From the NCBI GenBank assembly GCA_000708835.1, contig DF237349.1, forward strand, positions 1-64,000: a DNA stretch of 64,000 nt, read 5' to 3'. The stretch's first letter is position 1. Each line of letters begins with the position of its first letter. Below the pieces are notes generated by a model. The model was given only the letters and a program-made list of their open reading frames with translations, searched no databases and was not told where the DNA came from. Below, piece after piece: positions 12,401 to 24,336 of this stretch. Position numbers and translations under genes: made by a program. The stretch comes from Klebsormidium nitens. Lineage: Eukaryota > Plantae > Klebsormidiophyceae.

Positions 12401-15400
12401 AACATGCGCAGTGACAGCACGCGTGCCGTGAAACAGTACAGTCACGAGAATCCTAGCTCCTTGAGAAGACCGCGAAGTGCAGTCTGACGGCTTCAAGGTG
12501 AATGGCCTGGTTACTTTTCCATGAAAGAATCTTTTCAATCCAATCGGACGGCGCTTTCCGAGTTAGCCCAACGCTAGGAGGAGGGTGGAGGCTGGAGGCG
12601 GCGGCTAGAAACGTAACGACTTCAGATCGCTTGTTGCGTATACAAGAGATTAGGTAGTCAAAGCTCACCTTGATTTCTGCTGAGTCGAACGGGTTCTTAC
12701 TCTCTGAATCCTGCGCAAGACAAACAGAGAAAGTGGAATATGAAAGTGTGACGTCAAAGGCAATGGTTTGGAGGTTGATAACTGCGCTCTATAAGTTGAA
12801 GCCCTTCCAGAGTGTCGACGACTTTTAAGGACCAAAGAACACGTTCACCTGCTGCTGCTCAAGGATGGTATAGAAGGTTCCGTCAGCTTTATTGGCTTTC
12901 ACAGTGAAACTTGAATCTCATATCACAATCTCGGGTTTTCTTTCAGATCCACTCCTGCGAGAGAAAGGTAAGAGGTTTCCCACCTCTAAGAGGTCAAAAG
13001 ATCTGGCCCCTTCAGCTCTAGCGCGTTCCAAAGCATAAGCTTGTAGGGTGCCAGGTGCAAATCTCGGATGTGCGAGGACAAGTTGTTGTGATCGGACCAA
13101 GGAAGGTGCCCGCCTCTCGCGGCCGCAGCCGAGGGTGTCCGGCCAGCAGACCCCATAGCAGAATTACGTTCGGTGCCGGAAGTAAACATAAGCAAAAGGG
13201 GGTATTGAACAAAAGAAAATAGTGTAGAGTCTGATGACCGCGCTCATCTCTCGCGGCTGCGAATCGAGGGTATTCCCCTCCTCCAGCTCCAAGTGGGTCC
13301 CACAACAAAAACTTGTCGGTGCAAGAAGTGGACATTTGGAGACAGGAGGGTTCCACCAGACAGAAAACTACTGTACAATATGCTGACCGTGCCTCACCTC
13401 TCACAGCTGCGACCCAAGAGTGTCCGCCTCCTCCAGCTCCAACGGGTCCCACAGCAAACTTTTGTTCGGTGCCCAAATTAGACGTAGGACACAAAAGATT
13501 CAAACCGGAAAAAGAAACTACAGTGAATTTCCGACCGTGCTCACCTCTCGCGGCCGCGAGCCGAGGGTGTCCGCCTCCTCCAGCTCCAGCGGGTCCCACA
13601 GCAGAATCTTGTTGGGTGGCAGCGTGGACCTCTCCTGGCGGGCGGTTTCTTCGTCGCCGTTGCCCGCTTTGCTCATCACAAGGTTCCCTACCCATCGGAC
13701 GCAGTCTACGAACTCGGTGTGAAGCGTGCGCTCCTTGCTGACCTGCACAGAGAAACGACTCTCTTTATTTCATTTTCTGGTCTCAGGTTGGTACTCTCCT
13801 TCGATTCCTTTGCTACTCGTGCGACTTGCTGATCACCAGATTGCCCATCCATCGATGCAGTTCAAAAACTCAAGTGTGAAGCTTGCTCTCCTTGCTGACC
13901 TGCACAACAGAAAAAGGGTCTTTTAGTTTCATTCTCTGGTATCAGGGTGGTACTCCCCTTCGCTTCCTTTGCTACTCGTGCGACTTGCTAAGCACCAGAT
14001 TGCCCACCCATCGGACGCAGTCGACAAACTCGGTTTGAAGTGCGCTCCTTGCTGACCTGCACAGAAGAAAAGACACTGTTCTTTCTGCTACCGATCTCGA
14101 TTATGAAGTCCGTTTTCAATCTCTCTAGAACTTGTCCGCCTTGCTCCTCACCAATTTTCCCACCAAGTTACAAACTCAGTATGAAGCGTGCGCTCCTGCC
14201 TGACCTGCATCAAAGATACTACTTCGTCTTGTCTCTATTCTCGCATCAAGAGCGTTCGCCTTCAGTATGCCCGCCTTGCGGAGGGTGCCCGCCTACCGGA
14301 CGCAATCTACAGAGTCGATTTGACGGAGGAAAGTCGTTGCTTATTGAATTAACTGGAAGCCTTGTCCTTGATCACCTTACGAATAATAATCTTTGAGCGA
14401 CTTCACAGTCTCTTCATTCAAGAAAAGTACTGCAGGCCGTTGGAAGGGCATTCGGCACGTACGAGCTGCTGACTTGACTGCAGGTTGCTATGAAGCTGGC
14501 TAGTATGAAGCACGGTCAACTGGAACGTACGAGCTGATGACTTGACTGCGGGCTGCTATGAAGCCGGCCAGTTTGAAGCATGGTCCGGCATCCGCGCGGG
14601 GGCAACAGGGATGCTCCCTGCGGTCGACAATAAGATGCTTTTGAGCGACCGATCAATATTGGAAGGGGTAAAAACCCGCACCCTCAAAATACTGTCGAAC
14701 CTCGTCCACACATTTTGTCACTTTGAGGGGTGTAGTCTTCCTCTAGAAAATCCAGAATGAGCTTTCCAACCTCGGACGCAGATACTCATCGTCAATGACG
14801 GTCGACAGTGAGCATCTTGAACAAAGGCCGCAGCCTAGTCTCTGAGAGACGACTTTGAGTGGCCTGGACCGAAAAAAGACATTCGGCGCCTTATAACGTG
14901 CAAGCCTTCACTTCTGCATGTAGGTAACGTCACGCACCGTGTATTTGACGTTGATCGTTTTGAACTTGGAGGGGGACAGGTGCCAGTCCTGCGCCTCGTG
15001 TACCCGGGGCAAAAGGTGCTCTGTGGGGGACGAAAACGGGTATTGCACTTGCGAGCGCAATACTGGTGACTGGGCCTGGTTTGTGGCGGTTTGCGTTTGA
15101 TTACCAGCATCGAAGACCAGCATCAGTCTTGTTGGCGTGCAAGAACGATCTTAATGAAACATTCTTCTGCAAGCTGAGGTAAAGGCCTCGCAAACGGCAA
15201 GAAGTCGTTCCTTGATTGTTCTCTTAGCGAAGCATTTCAAGTACCTTCCTCTCCTTCGCCAGTGTCCCTTTCTGGACGGATCCTCACGTAGCGGCATCGC
15301 TGACTCGCTTTGAGCGACATATATCTCACTGTCCGTCCAGAGACAAACCTGCTTATTCCGTTTGTTGAACTTTACACGTGCCCTCTCGCACTGGCATCTC

Positions 15401-18400
15401 TGGCTCCCTTCTCCAGTGTCAAAGCTGACACCGACTCGATCAAGCGTAACACGGACATATCTTCTCGGATGATCTACGTTCCAACTACGATCGAGAACGC
15501 AAGCATAGAAGCCTTTGAAAAGAACCAAAGAGAGAAGGACCAGATTATTCCAGGCTGAGCGTACCTGGGAACTGCCAAATGCGCACGGTCTTATCCATTC
15601 CGCAGGAAACGATGATAGGCCTTACGGGCAGCTCCTCGCCGGTCTGGGGATCGTGCTCCGGCAACTTCACATGGAAGTCCTGGATCAGAAAACAGGGGGG
15701 TAAGTATCTTTTGGAGATAAACCACGGGTACTTTTCTGGTTTGTTGATTGTGAAACACTTCTTCGAGCTCCCATCGGGAGAAAGCTTGTAGAGAGCAAGG
15801 AGGGGCACCCAGATATCATCCTTCATGGTTCTACTATCAGAGCCGAAGCTGAACAGAATGTTCTGCAGATTCTGAGAAGGGGAGAGTCCAGCTCAAGCTA
15901 CGGGGCTCGCTCATATCTACGCAGCCCTTGGACTCTCAGCTTCGTCACAAATTCAACGTAACATGTCAAGCGTTCCCCACATGCGGAGTCAAATAATGAG
16001 ACAGAATTTGCGAGGACAGAGGTTGGGCAAACCAGAGGCTCAGCAATCGGGATGTACGCACCACGCTGAGAACGTCGCCGCGGTGGCCCTCGTCTCCACC
16101 GAAGATGGCAATCATGACGCCTGACTTGAGGTTCCACATGCGGACCGACTCGTCCTGCGCACAAACCAAGTCATTAAGGTTTGCGGTTGACCATTTCCAA
16201 AGGTCGCCAGCTTCTTGAGGTCCAGCACAGGAGAAAGGTGTGTTGTGGACAACGGGGCTTTCCAATCACGAACGTCGGCCTTATGGCGGCAGAAAAAGGG
16301 TTTTGACACAAAGACAGAACGGCTTGGGTAGCAAAGAGATACTAGCTCTCAATTGGCGGCCGATCGAAGTTTCCGTTCGCCGAGTCGAAACATCGAAGCA
16401 GAACAGAGTCGGTTCGCTCTGATTGGACCGCAGGGAATGTCAATTCCACCGATAAGCCGAGATGAGTGGATCTACTGCTTTCTTCAGCTTCTCGAACGGT
16501 GCCCTTGTCCAGCTTCTGGGTATTGTTGGCTCTCGATTCTGTCGAACCTTGTTTCAGTTCGCTTCCTAGAAAGGTTGCAGACATTAGCACAGGCTGAGAT
16601 CAGAGGGGCAGCGTACCTTCGCACCTGAGAGCAGCCAAAAGCGGTTCCGGGGGTGTACTCTCAGGTCGTTGACCGACCCCCCATGCCCGACCAACGTCTG
16701 TACATCACAGAAAAATGAGTGTTTCGTCCGCAACATTGATTCTTGCTTGGTCAGATGGCGTCAGGTATCCGTGCAGAAAAAATGGCAAGGACTGGCAGCA
16801 CGAAGCATCTAGATCAGATGAGCCCTTCGGTCTCCTCACTTGCCAAGGGCCTGAAACTCCGGATTTATTTACATGCCGAGTAAAGGCGCTCTGTGAGGAT
16901 CCACGAACTTTTCCAAGCCCCGTGAAAACGACCTCAGAATCAACCTGTCCAAAGTTGCAATCAATGACAATCCGGAGCCTGTGTAACTGTGCAGTTGAAT
17001 TAAAAAGGCAAGGCTTCTGTCGAACGTCATGTGGTTCCTCCAACGAATATTGCCGTTCCTCTTCAGTCCACCTGCAGCTTCTCTGACTCTTACCAGCAAC
17101 GAGCAGAGCTTGGTCTAGGGCTGGCAAACCGTGCTCGCGCTCGCTCTACTGCCTTTTTGACATGGCTTCAAACAGAGGTTCGAGCCGAAGTTGAAAGTGG
17201 ACAGCAGTGGCATACCTTGTAGACATCCCCACTCAACACGTTGACGACACGAATAACCCCATTTGCGCCGGCAGCGCACACCAGAGGCTCCCCATCCTCA
17301 TTGCTTGCCCAGCAGACGCAGAAGAACTCCTCGTCTTTCTGGCAGAGTTGTGGTCAAGGACAGCCCTCTCTATCGCGATAGGGAGGGTCTCCAAACTTCG
17401 TATCCATGAAGAACGCGCAACTTACAGGAAAGTGGCAACCAAAAGGCTTCAAATTCCCGCTTCCAACAAACAGAAGTACAAAAGCTAACATAGACAAGAC
17501 TCGTATTTATTGGACCTAACGACCTGGTACTCTCAAACTGCGGCCTTAAATCGTGTAGGCCACACATACAGCGATTTTTCCTACTGCTGACGTATCCTTT
17601 TTGCACTGAGGAAGGTTCAACACTGAGCCAGATGAAAGGAGTCCTAGCAGATGAAAGGGGTGCTTTACCACAGAGCATACCCCATTCGGACCAAGCTGAA
17701 CTGTCCACCTAAACGCTCAGTAGCCAGACCATCAGTTGCATCAGACAAGCGGGACAAATGAGGATACGTCATCATCCCGGTAGATGTCCAGGACAGCGAT
17801 CTGTGTGTCTTCAAGGACGTCGAGGACGATTATCTGCAGAAGACAGAGAAAGTGTATGAGTTTGTACTACGTCACATTGGCCAGCAAGAGTTGCCAACAG
17901 TCTGGTTTTGCTTAAGTCAGAAGAAGTTCCTAACCTGGGGCTTAAAGATCGACATCCATCATACCAGGCTCGGAACTGATGAATCTCTCAATGCAGTATG
18001 GGTGGAGAAAGCAGATGGAACTTTCGTTCTTACAATCCGGATTCATTGCGGATTGATGGAGAATCTTTGCTTTCTGAGAAGGTGACCAAGTCTACTGATA
18101 GCAGGACCTCTCTTTCCAAAGTCCTGAATTGGACAAAAAATTCGGTTTTGAAGCAGATTGACAAGAAAAGTGACCTTACATTTGAATTGTCAACCAAGTT
18201 TTAAGAGTGAGTACCTACATCCTTTTCATGAATCAGAGCTGTTATTAAACAGCTCAGAGCATGCGTAAAGCTGAGAGCTGACTCGACCAACAACATGAAC
18301 TCCACCTTTCTTGGTGGTGGCAAGGGCTGGATTGCTTGACAGTACTGCATCAATGCGACAAGCATGAAAGCAACAAGACACAAGAAAATGTCATAATAAA

Positions 18401-18967
18401 CACTTCGCCGCATCACCACAACCAATAAGTAAAGTGCCGGTCACAGTACTCCACACTCTTCAGAGAAGGCTTGCCGGTAGAGAGGGTTTACCATGCATGG
18501 AGGGCCAACAAGTCCACTGGTGGTGTGACCTTTCATGTCAATTCAAGCATGATCACAGGGAACTCACCTCATGATGAAACCCTAGCTCTGCGTCTAATAA
18601 ATGGTGGTGCAGACAAAGAGCACCAGGAACCTCGCCTTTATCTTCTTCCCCATCACAAAGCCGCTAGATTATTCTTCCAGCTGAATGCTCAAAGAAAGCT
18701 AAAGAAATGGGAGTTCAATATGTTGTCAAACTAAGCACTGAAAGTACGACAAGAAGGGATCAGATTGCATTCGCATTGTCTTCAAGATACTGAATTATAA
18801 ACCAAGAGAAGACTCACCAGGTTTCCTGCGACCGCTGCGGCCCAATTGCGGTACCCATAGTCCAGCTGGTTGAAAGAAACGCCCCAAACCTTGTTGTTGC
18901 CGGCACCACATTTGACAGCATTCACAGCCCTATAGGCGCCCTCCCTCCCCCAAGATCCCGACCCCAT
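6446..18967 (-). CDS. FIE: Polycomb PRC2 WD40 subunit FIE/EED/ESC homologue, divergent, 412 aa, 13 exons
   Basis: Exons (minus): 18818-18967, 17768-17833, 17216-17338, 16617-16697, 16062-16154, 15565-15679, 14938-15020, 13545-13742, 12669-12710, 12031-12127, 7591-7654, 7058-7123, 6446-6506. All GT-AG, phases consistent, total 1239 nt. Motifs colinear with EED/FIE: WGVSFN, DEEFFCVCW, LVGHGGSVNDL, KDESVRMWN, GHRGDVLSVDFH, SCGMDKTVRIW, HTEFVDCVRW, NKILLWDP, HWFNKFSTD, GNDYGEVFVYD, RQVALSYDGSTILSCHDNGQIWRWD. Confidence 0.92.
8199..8954 (-). other. Unassigned 251-codon ORF inside the 4.4-kb FIE intron (7655-12030); possible nested gene or TE remnant
   Basis: Longest ORF in the first 12 kb; not the antisense shadow of a long plus-strand ORF. 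No recognisable domain. Confidence 0.25.
13105..14325 (-). repeat. Array of partial copies of FIE exon 13545-13742 (3' half + donor x3 downstream; acceptor + 5' half x3-4 upstream)
   Basis: Donor-side copies at ~13395-13470, ~13235-13320, ~13110-13170 (LLWDPLELEEADTLG-like). Acceptor-side copies at ~13825-13900, 13983-14056, ~14150-14207, ~14285-14325 (TGCAG|GTCAGCAAGGAG...). Each has a stop, frameshift or missing splice site. Confidence 0.9.
14457..14585. repeat. Imperfect tandem duplication, 68-bp period x2, in FIE intron
   Basis: ACGTACGAGCTGCTGACTTGACTGCAGGTTGCTATGAAGCTGG... at 14457 repeated as ACGTACGAGCTGATGACTTGACTGCGGGCTGCTATGAAGCCGG... at 14525. Confidence 0.8.
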
Positions 18968-19075
18968 TTGTGCTAATTCGTCATGCACGAAGCTCTGGCG
19001 GTTCCCAGGCGTCGTTCTGTTTCGTGCATCATCCCAACATCGTTAGGTAGTTCAGTCTTCAGACTCCTCAACTTC

Positions 19076-19525
19076 GTTGAACTTCAACTTGAAGAGGGCG
19101 GACAAGGAGAATGGTTCTTTTCGGGACCCTGAGCCCGGGGGCTGTTGGAAGGTGCCTCATCTGACGTCTGCAGCTTGACCAGAACTCCACGTGTGTAGAA
19201 AGCAAGTCTTCAACCATCCGATGTATGAATGCCAATCATCGGACGGTGCGTATTTCCTCATCGGCCCTCATCGATTCGGGTCAGGCTTCGGGTTCGTGCT
19301 GCTGCGAATCATGTTGGACTCGGAGAGGACCTACTGGGGTATTGCATCTTGGAGTGTGTTACGTAGATTATCCTACCATCCTGCTCTAAGCTTTGACACA
19401 TGAAATCCACATCTCCCGGATGAAGTCAATCCCAGGTCACTAAAGGCACCTTCCAACAGCCCCCGGGCTCAGGGTCGCCAAAAGAATCATTCTCCTTGTC
19501 CCCCCTCTCGAAGTTGAAATTGAAC
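19076..19525. mobile_element. Inverted-repeat (foldback/MITE-like) element, family A: ~82-bp arms around a ~285-bp core, in the FIE/UPM1 divergent intergenic region
   Basis: Reverse complement of 19076-19157 matches 19444-19525 at 74/82 by hand alignment. Arm core CCTTCCAACAGC..CCCCGG..GGTC..AAA..ATTCT is shared with the element at 56565-56808. No target-site duplication identified. Confidence 0.65.
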
Positions 19526-20284
19526 TTAGCAGAAGAGCTGGGCGGCCGCAGTGCAGGCGGCCGCGCAGGCCGCATGGTGTTCATAGTTTAGGGTTCTATA
19601 GGGTTTCCCTTTTCTGACGAACTAGTAGAGAGATGTTTCAGAAACGTTTCGGTTTTTCTACCTGGTTATCGTTATTCAACTGCTGAGCTGCCCGGGGGGG
19701 GCCATTCAGTCCATTCAAACCCATCATGTAACCCACTTTTCCGCCCGATCGGACGAGATGGTAATGGTCAACTTGCATTCCCGGCCAGCTAGGATTGCCG
19801 CAGACTGTCTCGCCCCTCGGCCTTTCACTTTTGTGAAAGGACAGCTTTTTCACCGTCGAAGTCACGGATCGACGCCTCGAGTTGCATCAGACTACCACGT
19901 GGACAGTCGTGGCAGTTCATGGGGCAATCCGCAGGATGCTCCAGGCTTGAGCAATGCTGGGGCAGGGGCTCTCTGCCAATTCCAGCCTGGGCCCGCAAGA
20001 AGAAGCTGGAGCTGGAAAAGCCAGTGGCAGTGGTGCACAGGGTCACAATTAAGCAGGTATTCAGGCAACTGCGAAGAGAGGCGGGTCAGCTTGCTCAAGT
20101 CTGCAGCTTTGGCTCACTTCGGCACTACTGATCCAGAATTGCATCAGAGTTTTAGATCTCTTTGAGGGCAAACGTGAATTGCAGCCAAAGCCCAGTGCTT
20201 CTAAGTCGCCTCTTTTTCTAGTAAGAGCGCCAGTACAGGTTTACCTGAACCTTTGGATTTGCTGGTTTCCTCTTTCAAATCAGC

Positions 20285-22286
20285 ATGGCGACCTCTGCTC
20301 AGCTTTCAGACTCTCTCCGCCTCACATCTGCTCCTGTGGTCTTCACTCGATCAGACACTGGCACAGTCTTTCCTCAGCCTTCCACTTCTTACCCTGTCTC
20401 CACGTACAGAACGCCCATCCCCCGTCCCTTCAGAGGAGCACTTGCGCAGCCAACGAAAGCCGCCCCAGTCTCCCCTTTCTTCGAGAAAGAGCACGCGCTC
20501 CCGCGCGGTTGCTCTGACGAGCGTGAACACAGCGCGGCGCCATCTGGCGCTGATGGAGCGGCCCCACTGGGTGACGATCGGGACATCCGCCTCCCGGAGC
20601 TCAAGCAGGTGCTCTCGTTGCTGGAGAAAAAGTGGGCAGAGCGGGAAGGCGGTGTGAAAAGGTCTGGTCCAGGGAACGTGTACTTGGTTGGAACGGGCCC
20701 TGGGGATCCTGATTTATTGACGGTGAAAGCGCTCAGGCTGATGCAGAGTGCGGATCTTGTCTTGTATGACCGGTTGGTGTCAGCCGAGATTCTGGACATG
20801 GTCAGCGACAAGGCGCGGCTGCTGTATGTGGGCAAGACGGCGGGGTATCATACGCGGACACAGGTAAGAAAGTAACGTGCAAGAGCAGAATTCCAATCAG
20901 CATGATTGATTGAGTTCGGTTTAGGTTGACTGGTCTATTTCTGTTTAGTTTGATTGGTTGGCAGGCCAAGTGCTGATGTTAGAGCAAAGGTTGATGCTTA
21001 TTCAGGACTCAGTGCGGCCAAAATATTCGCTCGAAGTGTACCCTTCCGCTGGACATTTACACTTGTTGGACAGCCCGTGATGGTTGGTGGTGGGCATGGT
21101 AATCCAAAAAGATGCATATGGGGAAGACTTACGGTGTTGTTGCGATACGGTTTGACTTGTTGGTGTAGGAGCAGTCTTTGGTATTTTGGTAGGTGTCGGC
21201 TGTCTGCCGCGGTACTTGCTAGACTGCATAGCAAAGGTGCGAAAATCTCACATCAGATGCCTCTGGATTTTCCCTTTCGGCCAGCAGAATAGGGTAAAAG
21301 GCCACAGTATGGAATTGAAACATGGTGGTAGCCTGTGCTATGCTCCAAGTTCTGTTCTGCGAGCTTTGATAATACGTTGAGTATAGCCTTGTGGCTTTTT
21401 AGCCCTTTCCAGCTGCTTCTTCAGTTGACCCGGTTTCTGAAGTAGGGTGACACACAAAAGCGCTGGCAGTGTCAATTCTCAATTTCACCTGGCAGGACAG
21501 TATAGGTGACACATCATCAACATACTGGATTGAAGTACAAATCGAAGACGTGCGTTAGATTCTGTGGTGCCACAGGGATTCCTCCTGCCTCTAACCCACG
21601 TCTTTGGTTTAACTACCGCCATACTTAACCCACTTCACATACGTTTTCAGGATGAGATCCACGAGCTGCTTCTCAGCTTTGCTGAGGCGGGCGCTACAGT
21701 CCTGCGCCTCAAGGGGGGCGACCCGCTTGTCTTCGGAAGGGGTGGGGAGGAGATGGACTTTCTCGAAATGAAGGGCATCCACGTGCAAATTGTTCCGGGC
21801 ATAACGGCGGCCTCTGGAATCTCGGCATCCTTGGGGATCCCCCTGACTCACCGGGGAGTGGCAAACAACGTTAGGTTCCTCACGGGGCATTCTCGGAAGG
21901 GGGGGCACGATCCCCTGTTCGTGGCGGGGGGGGCAGCGGACCCTGACACGACGCTTGTGGTTTACATGGGGTTAGCCACGTTACCCGCTCTGGTAACCCG
22001 GTTAGTAGAAAACGGGTTACCAGCGGATACGCCGGCGGTTGCGGTCGAGCGGGGGACGACTCCCGAGCAAAGAACGGTGTTTGGGGAGTTGACACAGTTG
22101 CACGATCTGGTAGAAAAAGCACAGCTGGTGTCACCGACGTTGATCATGATCGGTCAAGTGGTGGCCCTCTCGCACCTGTGGCCGCATGGAGCGAAGGCGG
22201 ACGTCGGGCGGATCTCGGGAAAGGAGCTGCCAATTGGGCCACGGGATAGGGCGCTTCGGCCAGCAGAGGATGTGGCCTGCTCTTGA
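20285..22286 (+). CDS. UPM1: Uroporphyrinogen-III C-methyltransferase (SUMT, siroheme synthesis; CysG/CobA-type methyltransferase), plastid-type N-terminus, 404 aa
   Basis: Exons 20285-20863 and 21651-22286 (CAG|gtaaga ... ttttcag|GAT, phase 0). Motifs [72 protein letters not shown]. Confidence 0.96.
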
Positions 22287-24336
22287 GTTCCAGTACGGGG
22301 GATTTAAGCCGGCTTGGGCTCTGGACACAGCGTGGTGTAAGGTTGAGGGAACGGTGTGAAGTATGGACAAAAGCTGAAATCTGTGTGTAATTTTTGGAGA
22401 TAGGTAGTCTGCTTAAGTGTTGCTGGTGAATTTCGGTGGCAGATGTATTGCATTCACGCAGCACGTGCTTTGTGCATCCACAGCTAGGAGCTAGTACAGT
22501 CTCTGCATGAGGGCTCTTACAATGTTATAAATACCTTACTAATTAGCCTGTCCTTAAGGTTAACTAGGATAAGTACGTCACTCAGTAGTACGGTAGTGGG
22601 TAGAGGTTATGAGAGGGATGCTTCTTTCTGTGCAACATAACACAGAGTGGCAAACGTTTGGATAGCAGCAAACATTTCAGTCGCAAAGAGGGCTTGAAGC
22701 AATTGATCAATGAGTCTGGGCCACATTGGCTTAGTACTAAGGTTGTTGAAGCGCAGTGACCGGTCACACTGACAACTTTTCAAGAGATGAACAATTAATT
22801 GGCATTAAACTTATACCTTACTTCTCCACAATTGAAATAACTTTATTGACAGTCAGATATTGCATGCGCTTAGGTACTGTTCCGTTCGTTGAAACCGTCG
22901 GAGTGATCGACCAACATGGCATGTATCTTTCAGCATTTATCATAGCCGGGGGCCATTTAAGAAATGGATAAGCATGTTTGTGATGCATCCGCCCATGATA
23001 TTGTTGCACTCGTCAGTATACTAGTCAAAAACTTTCTTCTAGCTGCAGCCCGACCACGTCGGTCTAAACGACCACGTCGATCAATAATCTCAAGAAACTT
23101 AATTGTTCAGTCGGAGCTCCTCGATCGGTGCTGTCTCAACTTCCAACCGTTAAACGTAAAGTCACGATTGTATGCAGCTGCACGCTCAGCTACCATATTC
23201 AATTGCGTGGCGGGCGCCTCAACCATGCACATGCGTCCGACTTTGCACTGAGCAGATCTTTGTACGTTGATATGCAGGCTTCCGTGAGTCCGCGACATTC
23301 TGAATCGCGCCGGCAGCCTCGAATGATCCATGTCAGAGTCCAGTATAGCAATCAAAGTCCTGACCGCTTTCAATCATGCGACGTATATAAGCAAAACATA
23401 CGCTGTCGAGTTGCGCATGTTGGCACAAGCCTAGTGGCACTAATTCGACGTACTTCTGCATTGCCGGCCGGGAAATCGGTTCCATGGAAACGGCCCTCAT
23501 AGGAACGATAGATCAACGCCATTAATTGAGACACTGCCAAGGGTTTCCAATTGGTCCTTTCAGCTTGGAAGGGCGCGATACTTAATCAATCAGGGACGAC
23601 GACGCACGTGGCCAGGTGCCTGCGGAAGCTTTCTATAGAGAAAATTGATCCAACCGTCAATGACTTCTCTAAACGCGACCTAGGTTTGGCCTCCAACCGG
23701 TACCGACCTGATTTGAAGGTCGAATTATCGTATCAGATGATCTGATTTTTCCTAAGCGGGGTTGATGCCAGCTAGCTCAAGTATTCCACGTAGCGCAACG
23801 AATCAAAAGCTACTGAACCTGCCGCACTTGCGAGCAGCAAGATAATGATCCTAGCGTGACGTCGCAATCGTACTTCTTTGCTATGCACGCAGGGTTCTAT
23901 ACGTACCAACTTATCTGCATCACGTTGGATACGTGCCACCTCGCGTGCGACGCGGCACTAGCCCAAATGAATGGCTAACTGTTCTGTCGTATTTCGTAGC
24001 TATCAACCGAGTGCTTCTTTTGACCCGAGACGTCTCAACTACGTCGGTTGTGTAAAACGTCCCTAGCTTCTCAGCAGAGATCGTCGAAGGACGCCGAACG
24101 GAGTAAAGTGTGCCAAACAACGCTGTCTGTCTATCATGATGATACCAGCCGCCTATTTTACGAGAATCCGTAAAGTTACGACTCACGCTGCACGCATTGC
24201 TCTTCTTCTGAGACAGACTGATCGGATGACGCGCGCTTTCACGTTACAGCCCACCTTGTGCGCGAGCGCGAGCTAGTACGATTCCCTGACAACGCGCGCG
24301 CGTGTGTGCGCGCACTCTTAACTCGCGGCGGCGCTC

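Noticed and set aside
12845-12910. Candidate FIE exon FTVKANKADGTFYTILEQQQ|GT
   Set aside because: Acceptor phase is incompatible; the gene splices in frame without it.
13018-13695. 225-aa minus-strand ORF
   Set aside because: Runs through the real FIE exon out of frame and through GC-rich echo copies; a by-product of the repeat array.
23185-23215. HIQLRGG resembling a ubiquitin C-terminus
   Set aside because: Upstream sequence has no ubiquitin-fold similarity and no supporting exon structure.
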